Assembly (NCBI GenBank): GCA_964016885.1 | Contig: OZ024758.1 | Location: forward strand, 39,990,001-40,054,000 | From: Eledone cirrhosa | Lineage: Eukaryota | DNA length: 64,000 nt | Direction of reading: 5' to 3' | Shown here: one piece after another, positions 12,337 through 23,676 of the stretch | Numbering within the stretch: position 1 is the first letter of the stretch | Layout of the letters: every line of letters starts with the position of its first letter | Made by a program: the position numbers and the translations under genes | The notes under the pieces: model-generated | What the model saw: only the letters and a program-made list of their open reading frames with translations | Told to the model about the DNA's origin: nothing | Databases searched by the model: none

Positions 12337-15300
12337 AAAAAAAGACATTACACTATACTTACATCAACAGAAACAATAATAAATTAAATGAACTCATATA
12401 CAATAATCCTTCGGTACAAACCGAAGGTGTAAACTTTGTTTCTTCAGAAAACTACCCACATTTAAAATTAATAAAGATCCCAATGAACCTCTACCAAAAA
12501 CTAAAAAAGGATTTTAAGGGGGACGTCGGACCACCCTCTGTCAAACCCATAAACCGCGTCCTACTAAAAAGCTTTCCCCCTCCCTTCCCCTCCCCAACAC
12601 AACTCCAAACACCCCAACCCCACCACACACTGACGACCCCACACCACCACAAGACACCCCTTCACCCAACACCCCCGACCCATGGAAGTCGTGCGACCCG
12701 AACCCCGGGAAGCGGAAAGGTAGGTCCCTACACTCTCCTTTGGCTCTGCCGCCCACATGGATGTGTTAAGAGTAGGATGTTTGAATGCACGTGGCCTGGG
12801 CTCAACTTGGAAGCAAGCAAAGCTTCTAAATGACCTCAGGTCATGTGGTATAAATGTAATGGTTATCTGTGAGACTCGGATCAGCGTCGTGCGGCAGCTG
12901 GCCCCTACCTTCGATGACTTTGAGGTGCATGCATCTCTCTGTCAACCTGGAGGTGGGGGTGGGGTTGTCGTACTGCTGCAAAAACACCTGGGTCTTGCCG
13001 TACAGGTTGTGCACTCGGACCCGGAGGGTCGTTTGTTGGTGCTAGACGTTGGCAGTAGTGAAGGTGCGGCCTTGAGACTGGTCGCCGTCTACTCCCCTTT
13101 CGGAGCTGAACGGCCCGACTTCTTCCAGCGTTTGGAGACTTTTCTGGGAACGTCGCGTTCCCTGCTTCTAGCGGGGGATTGGAATGACTCCTAGATGCAC
13201 GTTGGGACTATGCAGGAGCATGTCCTAATAGAGGGGGGTGTAACAGCCTCAAGGGGTTACTCGACCGTTTTAACTTGGTCGATAGATATCGACTAGATTT
13301 TCCAACTGTGCCTACCTGGACTTGGAGAAACCACAGTGGTCAATCTAGATTGTACTTAGATAGATTCTTAGTTAGAAGTAAGGATAGGGACATATTAAGC
13401 TGTCCAGAAATGCGCACGGTTGGCTACACGGATCACAAATTAGTGACCTGCGTAGTCAATCTCGAGAAAACACATAAACAGGGTCCCGGTTACTGGAAAC
13501 TTAATTTGTCTTTACCGGCAAAAGAGACTTACAGAAACCGGATTAGCAGATTAGTTAAGGAGAGGTTGACGGGTGCGATCGTCAACAACCGATGTTGGGC
13601 ATCTCTCAAAAGAGAGATTAGAACAGAATCAATAAGTTATAGCAAGATGTTAGCTGCCGATAGGAATAGAAACGAGAAAGAATTAACAGGTAAATTAGAA
13701 GAGGCAATCAAGAGCGAAGATGTGGCCAGAGTGCTGGCATCGAGGACGGCCTTGAACCAGTTTTTCGATGCAAAGCACGAAGGCTGCGTCATTCGAAGTA
13801 AAATACGTGCTCTAGGTAATGAGGGGGCCAAAGCCGTTGGCTGGGCCCGCGTTGCAAGACGAAGATGGACGGGTGATCCGGGAGCCTAAGCAGATGTGCG
13901 AGGCCTTTCAAAGGCACTTTGCCGGGGACGTGGATTTCGGTCCATACCTCGACGGCCTGCCGCGTCTCTCGAACAAAGAGGCAGAGTCCTGCGAGGGACC
14001 AATCTCGGCTGATGAGATCGGAGATGCCCTGAGCCAATGCAGCAGACGCAAATCTCCAGGTCTCGATGGTATACCTTACGAACTTTATTTAGCAATGCCG
14101 GTCTTCTTCTCCGAACTCCTCGAAGCGGTCTACTGCAATTGGCAGCAGAACGGGAGAATTCCTTGTTCTGTAGCCAAGGGCGTAGTCACGCTGGTGAGGA
14201 AGGACGAGAACAAGGGAGATAGTATAAATAATTTTCGGCCCATAACGCTGCTAAACACAGAGTTAAAGATTTTGGCCAAGGTGTTAGCAAAAAGGTTGGC
14301 GCTTGTCGTGGGTGGCCTGGTGGGAGATGCGCAGACATGTGCTATCCCATCCAGGTCCATTCACGATAACCTCCACCTCATGCGATACATCATAGAGAGG
14401 GTTGGCAACAAACCCGGCTTCGGTGGGGCCCTGATCAACTTGGATCAGTCTAAGGCCTTCGATAGGGTCGACCATGGTTACCTGGATGCGGTGCTAGCGG
14501 CGGCTGGGTTCGGTCCTGTTTTCAGAGGCTGGATCTCTGCCTTACATAGCAACCACATCTGTTCTAGGATCAAGGTGAACGGCTACCTTTCGAAGCCGTT
14601 CGAAATCACACTATCCATTCGACAGGGGTGCCCTCTGTCCTCCCTTCTGTACGTATTGACTCTCGAGCCTTTACTGAGGAAGTTGGAGTTGTTGCAGGGT
14701 ATCCCCCTGGAACCAGGATTGAGCAAAGCGGTGTCGGCCTACGCCGATGACGTAACAGTAATGGTATCAACCGACTCGGAGATCGAGGCGATCGGTACCT
14801 TATTGGAGGAGTACGAAAGGTTGTCAGGAGCGAAACTGAACCGGGAAAAATCCATCGGGCTGCAACTCGGAACGTGGAGAGGCAGACCGATGCCTCCCGA
14901 TGGTGTCGTCGGACACTGGACGGAGGGCCCGGTAAAGTTGCTTGGGGTCTGGTTTGGACCGGACCTCCAGGTGGAAAAGAACTGGAACGAGGTTACGAAC
15001 AAGGTGTTTGCACTAACCCAGAAATGGGCCAAGTGTAAGCTGTCCCTAAAAGGCCGGGCGGAGGTGGCGAACATTTACATAGCGTCCGTCACTTACTACC
15101 GCCTGACTGTCGTGCCTTGCCCTAAGGAAACACACACCTCCATGGAACGCATGCTCTTCCAATTTCTTTGGAAGAAGCGCCCTCCTATGGTGAGAAGATC
15201 CATCTGCTGCCAACAACCTTCGAAAGGAGGGCTGGGGATGCCGTGGTTGATGATGCGTAGGCACGCATTAAGGCTACGGCACCTACAGGTATTCCTCACT

Positions 15301-16338
15301 GGTCAACCGGTGTGGGCTCCGTTCGTGAAACGAGCCTTTCCGAGACTCGTCTCGCTCACCGAGCTGCAGTCCTGGGTCAAGCAAAGATCCGGAAAACTGG
15401 GAGACTGGCACACTGAGTGTGCTCAGGCGCTCAGGGCTCTCTGGCAAGCGGGCCAGGCCGTCGGTGGAGAACCCACCTCATCATTCTATAGAGGGCTGGT
15501 GGAGAGCAGGGGCGATGACACCCTTGGAGAGTCGCTGGACATGGATGAGGACGAACTGGCCAGCCTGTTCGGTAGGACTTTCGGCCCGGGACCAATGGAC
15601 AACTTCCAGAAGTCACTAGCCTGGCAGTGCTACCGGGGGGCTCTACCCGTTCGAGAGAGGCTCTACAGACACGGGCGCCCGGGCAGGGATCCCTCAAAAA
15701 AGTTTTGCCCTAGATGCGTGCGTCACGAAGAAACCGTTGTGCACGCATTGGTGCAATGTCCGGGCGCGGCTGATCTGTGGGGCTACGCCGAACGACTGCT
15801 GTCGCGGGTGGCGCCGATTCAATTGACCGCCGAGTCCGTGATGACAATCAAACCGCCTCCTCTCTTCACAAAGGAAGCAAAGGCGGTTTTTCTGTGCGTA
15901 ATAGCCACGTTGAAAGAGGTTGTTTGGTGGACACGATTGAAAGGTCTGAGGTCAGGCAACTTCCTCTCTGGCCATAGTCTGGTCTACTTCTTCCGATATC
16001 ACTTCGGAAGAAGGATAAGAATGGAGAGAGAGGTGCTTGGCCACAGGCAGTTTTATGAAAGGTGGGTGATAGTGGCGAGAATGGCTCGTGTAAATGGGCC
16101 TTCTCTGTATACCATCCTGTAGGTAAAGAAGTAAAGGAGAGGGGAGCACCTTCTCCATGTGCTCCCCGGGTAAAGGATTGCACACTTTTTCGGGGGGGTG
16201 TGCAACCCCCATCACGTCCCCTCCCTTTTGAGGTTATTTTCGATTATTTTCATTTTATACCCTTTTTACTCGATTGTATGTAAACTCCCCCTTTGTATTT
16301 GTCCTTTCTTTTTATGCCTTTATGGTAAATAAAGAAAT
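12337..16338 (+). mobile_element. Tx1/L1-group non-LTR retrotransposon copy A, 5'-truncated within ORF1
   Basis: End of ORF1, 33-nt spacer, APE endonuclease + RT ORF2, 3' UTR, AATAAA at 16328-16333, then (ATCT)n; very high identity to copy C. Confidence 0.95.
12757..16122 (+). pseudogene. ORF2 of copy A (APE endonuclease, reverse transcriptase, C-terminal CCHC), frameshifted
   Basis: ORF pieces 12757-13194, 13275-13889, 13819-16122. Motifs CLNARGL, ICET, GDWN, LDRF, TDH; FRPITLLN, LDQSKAFDRVDH, QGCPLS, YADD; CPRC-x8-H-x4-C. Versus copy C: 1-bp deletion near 13188, 41-bp deletion near 13852, net 30-bp deletion near 13923. Confidence 0.93.
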
Positions 16339-16534
16339 ATATCTATCTATCTATCTATCTATCTATTATTCTGTATATCTATGTATCTATCTATCTATCT
16401 ATCTATCTGTATATCTATCTATCTATCTATCTGTCTAGCTGTATATCTCTCGATTTAATTCTGTTTCTATCTATCTACCTATATATGTATATCTGTATAT
16501 CTATCTATCTCTCTGTCTATCTATCTTTATCTCT
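16339..16534 (+). repeat. (ATCT)n/(GATA)n microsatellite, pure then degenerate; tail/target between copies A and B
   Basis: atctatctatct... directly after AATAAAGAA. Confidence 0.93.
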
Positions 16535-17604
16535 GAGAGGGCTGGGAATGCTGTGGCTGATGATGCGCAAACATGCGCTGAAACTACGGCATCTACAGGT
16601 ATTCCTCACCGACCAACCGACCAACCTTGCGAGACAGGCCTTCCCGCAACTTGTCTCGCTGACGGAGCCGCAGTCCTGGGTCAAGCGGAAACCGAAGAAG
16701 ATGGGCGCCTGGCACATTGAATGCGCCCAGGCGCTCACAGCCCTCTGCCAAGCGGGCACGGCAATCAGTGGAGACTCCACTTCGACATTCTATAGAGGGT
16801 TAGTACGTCACAAGGGCGACGACTTGCTCGGATAGTCTCTAGGCGTCGAAGACGACGAACTCACCAGAGGTCCCTGGCCTGGCAGTGCTACCGAGGAACT
16901 CTACCAGTTCGTGTCAAGATCTACAGGCACGGACGCCCCTGCAGGGATCCTTCAAAGAGTACGTGTCCCAAATGCGAGCAGGACATTGAAACCGTCTTGC
17001 ACGCAATTGTACACTGCCCGGGCGTAACCGACCTGTGGAACTATGCAGAACAACTGCTGTCGCGTATGGGACAAATCCATTGACTGCCTAGTAAGGATCA
17101 AACCACCAACTTCTTTCAAAAACGAGAGAGGCGGTTTTGCTCTGTATAGTGGCTATGGTGTAAGAGGTTATATGGTGGACGTGATTGAGAGGACTGAGGA
17201 CAGATGCCTTTATCTCCGGACAACAATTGATTCCCTTCTTTAGGTACCACTTTAGAAGGAGAATCAGAGTGGAGAGAGAGGCACTGCACCCCAGTAAATT
17301 TACTGAAAGGTGGGTGAATGTGGCAAAAATGGGCCGAGTGATTGGGCCTTCTCTGTATATAAACCTATAGGTAGAAGAAGAGAGCAAAAGGAAGAAAGGA
17401 ATACTTGCACAACAGGCTCCTGGAGTTGAGGTTTGTTCTATCTACGGGGTATTAAACAACCCATTTGTGGTGCATCCCCCCTATTGGGGATTTCGATTGT
17501 TAAATTTGTTTGTTTCAATATTTTTACACGATTGTATGTAAAATCCCTGCCATATGTCTTTGTATTGTCCCCTTTTCATGTGCCCCCTTGTGGCTAATAA
17601 AGAA
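16535..17604 (+). mobile_element. Divergent Tx1-like LINE copy B, 3' fragment (degenerate ORF2 C-terminus + 3' UTR)
   Basis: Translates as GLGMLWLMMRKHALKLRHLQVFL..., CPKC..H..C and FFRYHFRRRIRVERE...GPSLYINL* (stop 17368-17370), homologous to copies A/C; internal stop and frameshifts; AATAAA at 17596-17601. Confidence 0.93.
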
Positions 17605-17630
17605 ATCTATCTATCTATCTGTATATCGAG

Positions 17631-17684
<54 letters not shown>
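17604..17684 (+). repeat. (ATCT)n microsatellite between copies B and C
   Basis: Nearly pure ATCT run with one interruption. Confidence 0.95.
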
Positions 17685-17686
<2 letters not shown>

Positions 17687-17919
17687 TAATCTAGCTGTCG
17701 TCTGTTCTACAGTGTGGATGTCATTCACTTCGCACAGAAGTTTTGTTCAAATTTATTGAGGAAATTTTGTGAGTTCAAACTTTTTTTGATACAATTGTGT
17801 AGCTTGACCCTCCGTCTGAACTGTCAGGCGGTGGGTCAGCTCATCTTTACCCCTCCTAGAGGTGAAAAACCTGTTTTAAAAAAAAATTTTGTGTAAAAAA
17901 TTTCAATCGTCTAACAGAA

Positions 17920-19797
17920 ATGTTAAACGCAGCGAACGAAAATAGTGGTGGGGGGACAGCGGTAAGAGTTGTAAGCTCGCACGCTTTAGTCCTCCCTTCC
18001 TTCCCAACTAACGTCATAGAGAAGGAAGGAAAAATGAAAATAAAAACGGACGAATCTGCGGAGAAAAAATTAAATGACGAAAACAACGAAAAAAAAAAAT
18101 TTGAAAAATTGCATGACAATACTAATAACACAAACAAAGACACAACAAACAAAAAAATAACAGTTGAAAATAACATCATATCAGAAAACAAAGCAGACGA
18201 CAAGATTTCATTTGCACAGAAAACAAAGAAATCTTTGACTTATATAGCGGAAAACATTTCAGATGTGGTACGAAGGATCACGGACGCAAAACAATACATA
18301 AGTGAAGGTGAGAATGGTATTTTATTGGTAAAAATGCCTCAAGAATTCACGAAAGACATTGAAAGCCGAACGGTCAAGTTTCGGACCATCAACAACAGTA
18401 CAAAAAAACCTGAACAGCCTTCTCAAGCAGATATCAAAACAGTACTCGCAGAAGTACTGAATGAAACAACTTTCATAAGAAAAGACAGACTGTATGGAAG
18501 CCTAGCAATTATCATGAAGAACGAATCGGCGGCAAAAAAATGTGCTTTGTCACCGATTCGTTCGAAAAATTTCACCTTTTATCCATCTTATATGGGAAAA
18601 AAAACTCAACGCATATGGCTGGATGCAATGATGCCAGATGTGGACTACTGCTGGCTCATAGCTGGCTTCATCGATCCAGTGAATGACAACGTGATTTCCA
18701 TTGGGAAAACCACAGGCAATGCGTTCAGTGGAACAGGTATAGAGCTGGTAGTACAAATGAAGCCTGAACGCATCGCCCAAATACCCGACAGAATCCTATT
18801 AGAGGACCACGGGTATATAAACATTAGCGTGGAGGGGAGAAGGCCGTCCTGCCATATCTGTGCAGGCAGAGGGTACCTGAAGGCCGCTTGTCCCCAACTC
18901 AACAAAAAGAAAACCCTGCTACCAACACCAGCTCCACCACCACCACCACAACAGATAAACAAACAACAAAACTCAGTCCCACCCAACCCGTCCCTCAGTA
19001 ACACCACAACACCACCACAACACAAACAGTCACAACACATTACCCCAAAACAAAATACAGGCCCACCCAACCTCTCACTCAATAAAACAACACAACCACC
19101 GCAGACACAACACACAACACAGTCTAACATAGTGACATCCATCTCCCCCACAAAGAAAACCAACACGGAAACATTACCAGCAAACATACCTCTTCCCTCC
19201 AACACTGAAGATAACCCAACGAATTCGGAGGAAGAAACGGAGTCCTTCAGACAGATTAAAAGGAAAAAAAGAAAACATGTGCAAAACACACAAGGACAAA
19301 CAACCCCCACCCAAATCGCAACACAATCTAACAAAACAGAAAACACCCCTCCAGCAACAAACAAAACCAAACCTGCCCCTCCCCTCTTCGAAACACTCAC
19401 ACCATCGGAAAAAAAGACATTACACTATACTTACATCAACAGAAACAATAATAAATTAAATGAACTCATATACAATAATCCTTCGGTACAAACCGAAGGT
19501 GTAAACTTTGTTTCATCAGAAAACCACCCACATTTAAAACTAATAAAAATCCCAATGAACCTCTACCAAAAACTAAAAAAGGATTTTAAGGAGGACGTAG
19601 GACCACCCTCTGTCAAACCCATAAACCGCGTCCTACTAAAAAGATTTCCCCCTCCCCTTCCCCTCCCCAACACAACTCCAAACACCCCAACCCCACCACA
19701 CACCGACGACCCCACACCACCACAAGACACCCCTTCACCCAACACCCCCGACCCCATGGAAGTCGTGCAACCCGAACCCCGGGAAGCGGAAAGGTAG
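17920..19797 (+). CDS. LINE ORF1 (gag-like nucleic-acid-binding protein, 625 aa) with degenerate zinc knuckle
   Basis: Open 625-aa ORF directly upstream of ORF2; VEGRRPSCHICAGRGYLKAACP knuckle followed by a Pro/Thr/Gln-rich region and basic RQIKRKKRK. Confidence 0.85.
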   Translation: MLNAANENSGGGTAVRVVSSHALVLPSFPTNVIEKEGKMKIKTDESAEKKLNDENNEKKKFEKLHDNTNNTNKDTTNKKITVENNIISENKADDKISFAQKTKKSLTYIAENISDVVRRITDAKQYISEGENGILLVKMPQEFTKDIESRTVKFRTINNSTKKPEQPSQADIKTVLAEVLNETTFIRKDRLYGSLAIIMKNESAAKKCALSPIRSKNFTFYPSYMGKKTQRIWLDAMMPDVDYCWLIAGFIDPVNDNVISIGKTTGNAFSGTGIELVVQMKPERIAQIPDRILLEDHGYINISVEGRRPSCHICAGRGYLKAACPQLNKKKTLLPTPAPPPPPQQINKQQNSVPPNPSLSNTTTPPQHKQSQHITPKQNTGPPNLSLNKTTQPPQTQHTTQSNIVTSISPTKKTNTETLPANIPLPSNTEDNPTNSEEETESFRQIKRKKRKHVQNTQGQTTPTQIATQSNKTENTPPATNKTKPAPPLFETLTPSEKKTLHYTYINRNNNKLNELIYNNPSVQTEGVNFVSSENHPHLKLIKIPMNLYQKLKKDFKEDVGPPSVKPINRVLLKRFPPPLPLPNTTPNTPTPPHTDDPTPPQDTPSPNTPDPMEVVQPEPREAER

Positions 19798-19830
19798 GTC
19801 TCTACACTCTCCTTTGGCTCTGCCGCCCAC

Positions 19831-22800
19831 ATGGATGTGTTAAGAGTAGGATGTTTGAATGCACGTGGCCTGGGCTCAACTTGGAAGCAAGCAAAGCTTC
19901 TAAATGACCTCAGGTCATGTAGTATAAATATAATGGTTATCTGTGAGACTCGAATCAGCGTCGTGCGGCAGCTGGCCCCCACCTTCGATGACTTTGAGGT
20001 GCATGCATCTCTCTGTCAACCTGGAGGTGGGGGTGGGGTTGTCGTGCTGCTGCAAAAACACCTGGGTCTTGCCGTACAGGTTGTGCACTCGGACCCGGAG
20101 GGTCGTTTGTTGGTGCTAGACGTTGGCAGTAGTGAAAGTGCGGCCTTGAGACTGGTCGCCGTCTACTCCCCTTTCGGAGCTGAACGGCCCGACTTCTTCC
20201 AGCGTTTGGAGACTTTTCTGGGAACGTCGCGTTCCCTGCTTCTAGCGGGGGATTGGAATGACATCCTAGATGCACGTTGGGACTATGCAGGAGCATGTCC
20301 TAATAGAGGGGGGTGTAACAGCCTCAAGGGGTTACTCGACCGTTTTAACTTGGTCGATAGATATCGACTAGATTTTCCAACTGTGCCTACCTGGACTTGG
20401 AGAAACCACAGTGGTCAATCTAGATCGTACTTAGATAGATTCTTAGTTAGAAGTAAGGATAGGGACATATTAAGCTGTCCAGAAATGCGCACGGTTGGCT
20501 ACACGGATCACAAATTAGTGACCTGCGTGGTCAATCTCGAGAAAACACATAGACAGGGTCCCGGTTACTGGAAACTTAATTTGTCTTTACCGGCAAAAGA
20601 GACTTACAGAAACCGGATTAGCAGATTAGTTAAGGAGAGGTTGACGGGTGCAATCGTCAACAACCGATGGTGGGCATCTCTCAAAAGAGAGATTAGAACA
20701 GAATCAATAAGTTATAGCAAGATGTTAGCTGCCAATAGGAATAGAAACGAGAAAGAATTAACAGGTAAATTAGAAGAGGCAATCAAGAGCGAAGATGTGG
20801 CCAGAGTGCTGGCATCGAGGACGGCCTTGAACCAGTTTTTCGATGCAAAGCATGAAGGCTGCGTCATTCGAAGTAAAATACGTGCTCTAGGTAATGAGGG
20901 GGCCAAAGCCGTTGGATGGGCCCCGCGTGACAGAAGCTAAAAGTTGAAATCGATCCACCATCCGGTCGTTGCAAGACGAAGATGGACGAGTGATCCGGGA
21001 GCCTAAGCAGATGTGCGAGGCCTTTCAAAAGCACTTTGCCCGATTGTTCGGGGGAGGCGAGGGTCCGGGCCGGGGCGTGGATTTCGGTCCATACCTCGAC
21101 GGCCTGCCGCGTCTCTCGAACAAAGAGGCAGAGTCCTGCGAGGGACCAATCTCGGCTGATGAGATCGGAGATGCGCTGAGCCAATGCAGCAGACGCAAAT
21201 CTCCAGGTCTCGATGGTATACCTTACGAACTTTATTTAGCAATGCCGGTCTTCTTCTCCGAACTCCTCGAAGCGGTCTACTGCAATTGGCAGCAGAACGG
21301 GAGAATTCCTTGTTCTGTAGCCAAGGGCGTAGTCACGCTGGTGAGGAAGGACGAGAACAAGGGGGATAGTATAAATAATTTTCGGCCCATAACCCTGCTA
21401 AACACAGAGTTAAAGATTTTGGCCAAGGTGTTAGCAAAGAGGTTGGCGCTTGTCGTGGGTGGCCTGGTGGGAGATGCGCAGACATGTGCTATCCCATCCA
21501 GGTCCATTCACGATAACCTCCACCTCATGCGATACATCATAGAGAGGGTTGGCAACAAACCCGGCTTCGGTGGGGCCCTGATCAACTTGGATCAGTCTAA
21601 GGCCTTCGATAGGGTCGACCATGGTTACCTGGATGCGGTGCTAGCGGCGGCTGGGTTCGGTCCTGTTTTCAGAGGCTGGATCACTGCCCTACATAGCAAC
21701 CACATCTGTTCTAGGATCAAGGTGAACGGCTACCTTTCGAAGCCGTTCGAAATCACACTATCCATTCGACAGGGGTGCCCTCTGTCCTCCCTTCTGTACG
21801 TATTGACTCTCGAGCCTTTACTGAGGAAGTTGGAGTTGTTGCAGGGTATCCCCCTGGAACCAGGATTGAGCAAAGCGGTGTCGGCCTACGCCGATGACGT
21901 AACAGTAATGGTATCAACCGACTCGGAGATCGAGGCGATCGGTACCTTACTGGAGGAGTACGAAAGGTTGTCAGGAGCGAAACTGAACCGGGAAAAATCC
22001 ATCGGGCTGCAACTCGGAACGTGGAGAGGCAGACCGATGCCTCCTGACGGAGTCGTCGGACACTGGACGGAGGGCCCGGTAAAGTTGCTTGGGGTCTGGT
22101 TTGGACCGGACCTCCGGGTGGAAAAGAACTGGAACGAGGTTACGAACAAGGTGTTTGCACTAACCCAGAAATGGGCCAAGTGTAAGCTGTCCCTAAAAGG
22201 CCGGGCGGAGGTGGCGAACATTTACATAGCGTCCGTCACTTACTACCGCCTGACTGTCGTGCCTTGCCCTAAGGAAACACTCACCACCATGGAACGCATG
22301 CTCTTCCAATTTCTTTGGAAGAAGCGTCCTCCTATGGTGAGAAGATCCATCTGCTGCCAACAACCTTCGAAAGGAGGGCTGGGGATGCCGTGGTTGATGA
22401 TGCGTAGGCACGCATTAAGGCTACGGCACCTACAGGTATTCCTCACTGGTCAACCGGTGTGGGCTCCGTTCGTGAAACGAGCCTTTCCGAGACTCGTCTC
22501 ACTCACCGAGCTACAGTCCTGGGTCAAGCAAAGATCCGGAAAACTGGGAGACTGGCACACTGAGTGTGCTCAGGCGCTCAGGGCTCTCTGGCAAGCGGGC
22601 CGGGCCATCGGTGGAGAATCCACCTCATCATTCTATAGAGGGCTGGTGGCTAGCAGGGGCGATGACACCCTTGGAGAGTCGCTGGACATGGAAGAAGACG
22701 AACTGGCCAGCCTGTTCGGTAGGACTTTCGGCCCAGGACCAATGGACAACTTCCAGAAGTCACTGGCCTGGCAGTGCTACCGAGGGGCTCTACCCGTTCG

Positions 22801-23269
22801 AGAGAGGCTCTACAGACACGGGAGCCCGGGCAGGGATCCCTCAAAAAAGATTTGCCCTAGATGCGTGCGTCACGAAGAAACCGTGGCGCACGCATTGGTG
22901 CAATGTCCTGGCGTGGCTGATCTGTGGGGCTACGCCGAACAACTGCTGTCGCGGGTGGCGCCGATTAAATTGACCGCCGAGTCCGTGATGACAATCAAAC
23001 CGCCTCCCCTCTTCACAAAGGAAGCAAAGGCGGTTTTTCTGTGCGTAATAGCCATGTTGAAAGAGGTTGTTTGGTGGACACGATTGAAAGGTCTGAGGTC
23101 AGGCAACTTCCTCTCTGGCCATAGTCTGGTCTACTTCTTCCGATATCACTTCGGAAGAAGGATAAGAATGGAGAGAGAGGTGCTTGGCCACAGGCAGTTT
23201 TATGAAAGGTGGGTGATAGTGGCGAGAATGGCTCGTGTAAATGGGCCTTCTCTGTATACCATCCTGTAG
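19831..23269 (+). pseudogene. ORF2 of copy C (APE endonuclease 19831-20940; RT + CCHC 20969-23269), split in the EN-RT linker
   Basis: Catalytic motifs present (GDWND, YLDRF, TDH, QGCPLS, YADD). An extra C at 20921-20924 relative to copy A, and a TGA at about 20946-20948 in the restored frame. Confidence 0.92.
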
Positions 23270-23483
23270 GTAAAGAAGTAAAGGAGAGGGGAGCACCTTC
23301 TCCATGTGCTCCCCGGGCAAAGGATTGCACACTTTTTCGGGGGTGTGTGCAACCCCCATCACGTCCCCTCCCTTTTGAGGTTATTTTCGATTATTTTCAT
23401 GTTACACCCTTTTTACTCGATTATATGTAAACTCCCCCTTTGTATTTGTCCCTTCTTTTTATGCCTTTATGGTAAATAAAGAA

Positions 23484-23519
<36 letters not shown>

Positions 23520-23675
23520 GTCAGTTTATCTCTCTATATATCCATCAATCTGTATTATTGTGTGTGTGTGTGTGTGTATGCGTGTGCATGTGTGTATGCG
23601 TGTGCATGTCTCTGTGTGTGTATATGTGTGTGCATGTCTGTGTGTGTGTGTGTGTGTGTGTATGTTTGTGTGTGT
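23484..23675 (+). repeat. (ATCT)n tail grading into (TTTC)n and (GT)n microsatellites
   Basis: Read directly from the sequence. Confidence 0.92.
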
Positions 23676-23676
23676 T

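Larger units (their letters stand above)
17685..23483 (+). mobile_element. Tx1/L1-group non-LTR retrotransposon copy C, apparently full length (about 5.8 kb)
   Basis: 5' UTR of about 235 bp, ORF1, 33-nt spacer, ORF2, 3' UTR with AATAAA at 23475-23480, (ATCT)n on both sides; 5' boundary approximate. Confidence 0.94.

Noticed and set aside
17660-17700. Target-site duplication for copy C
   Set aside because: Both flanks are (ATCT)n, so a discrete duplication cannot be defined
18645-19400. 251-aa antisense ORF and other small ORFs overlapping the LINEs
   Set aside because: Shadow frames of the A/C-rich ORF1 and of ORF2, with no recognisable motifs
19790-19834. Splice-donor-like AG|GTAGGT at the ORF1 stop and Kozak-like GCCGCCCACATGG at the ORF2 start
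   Set aside because: Short motifs with no matching acceptor or transcript evidence; the -3 base is C
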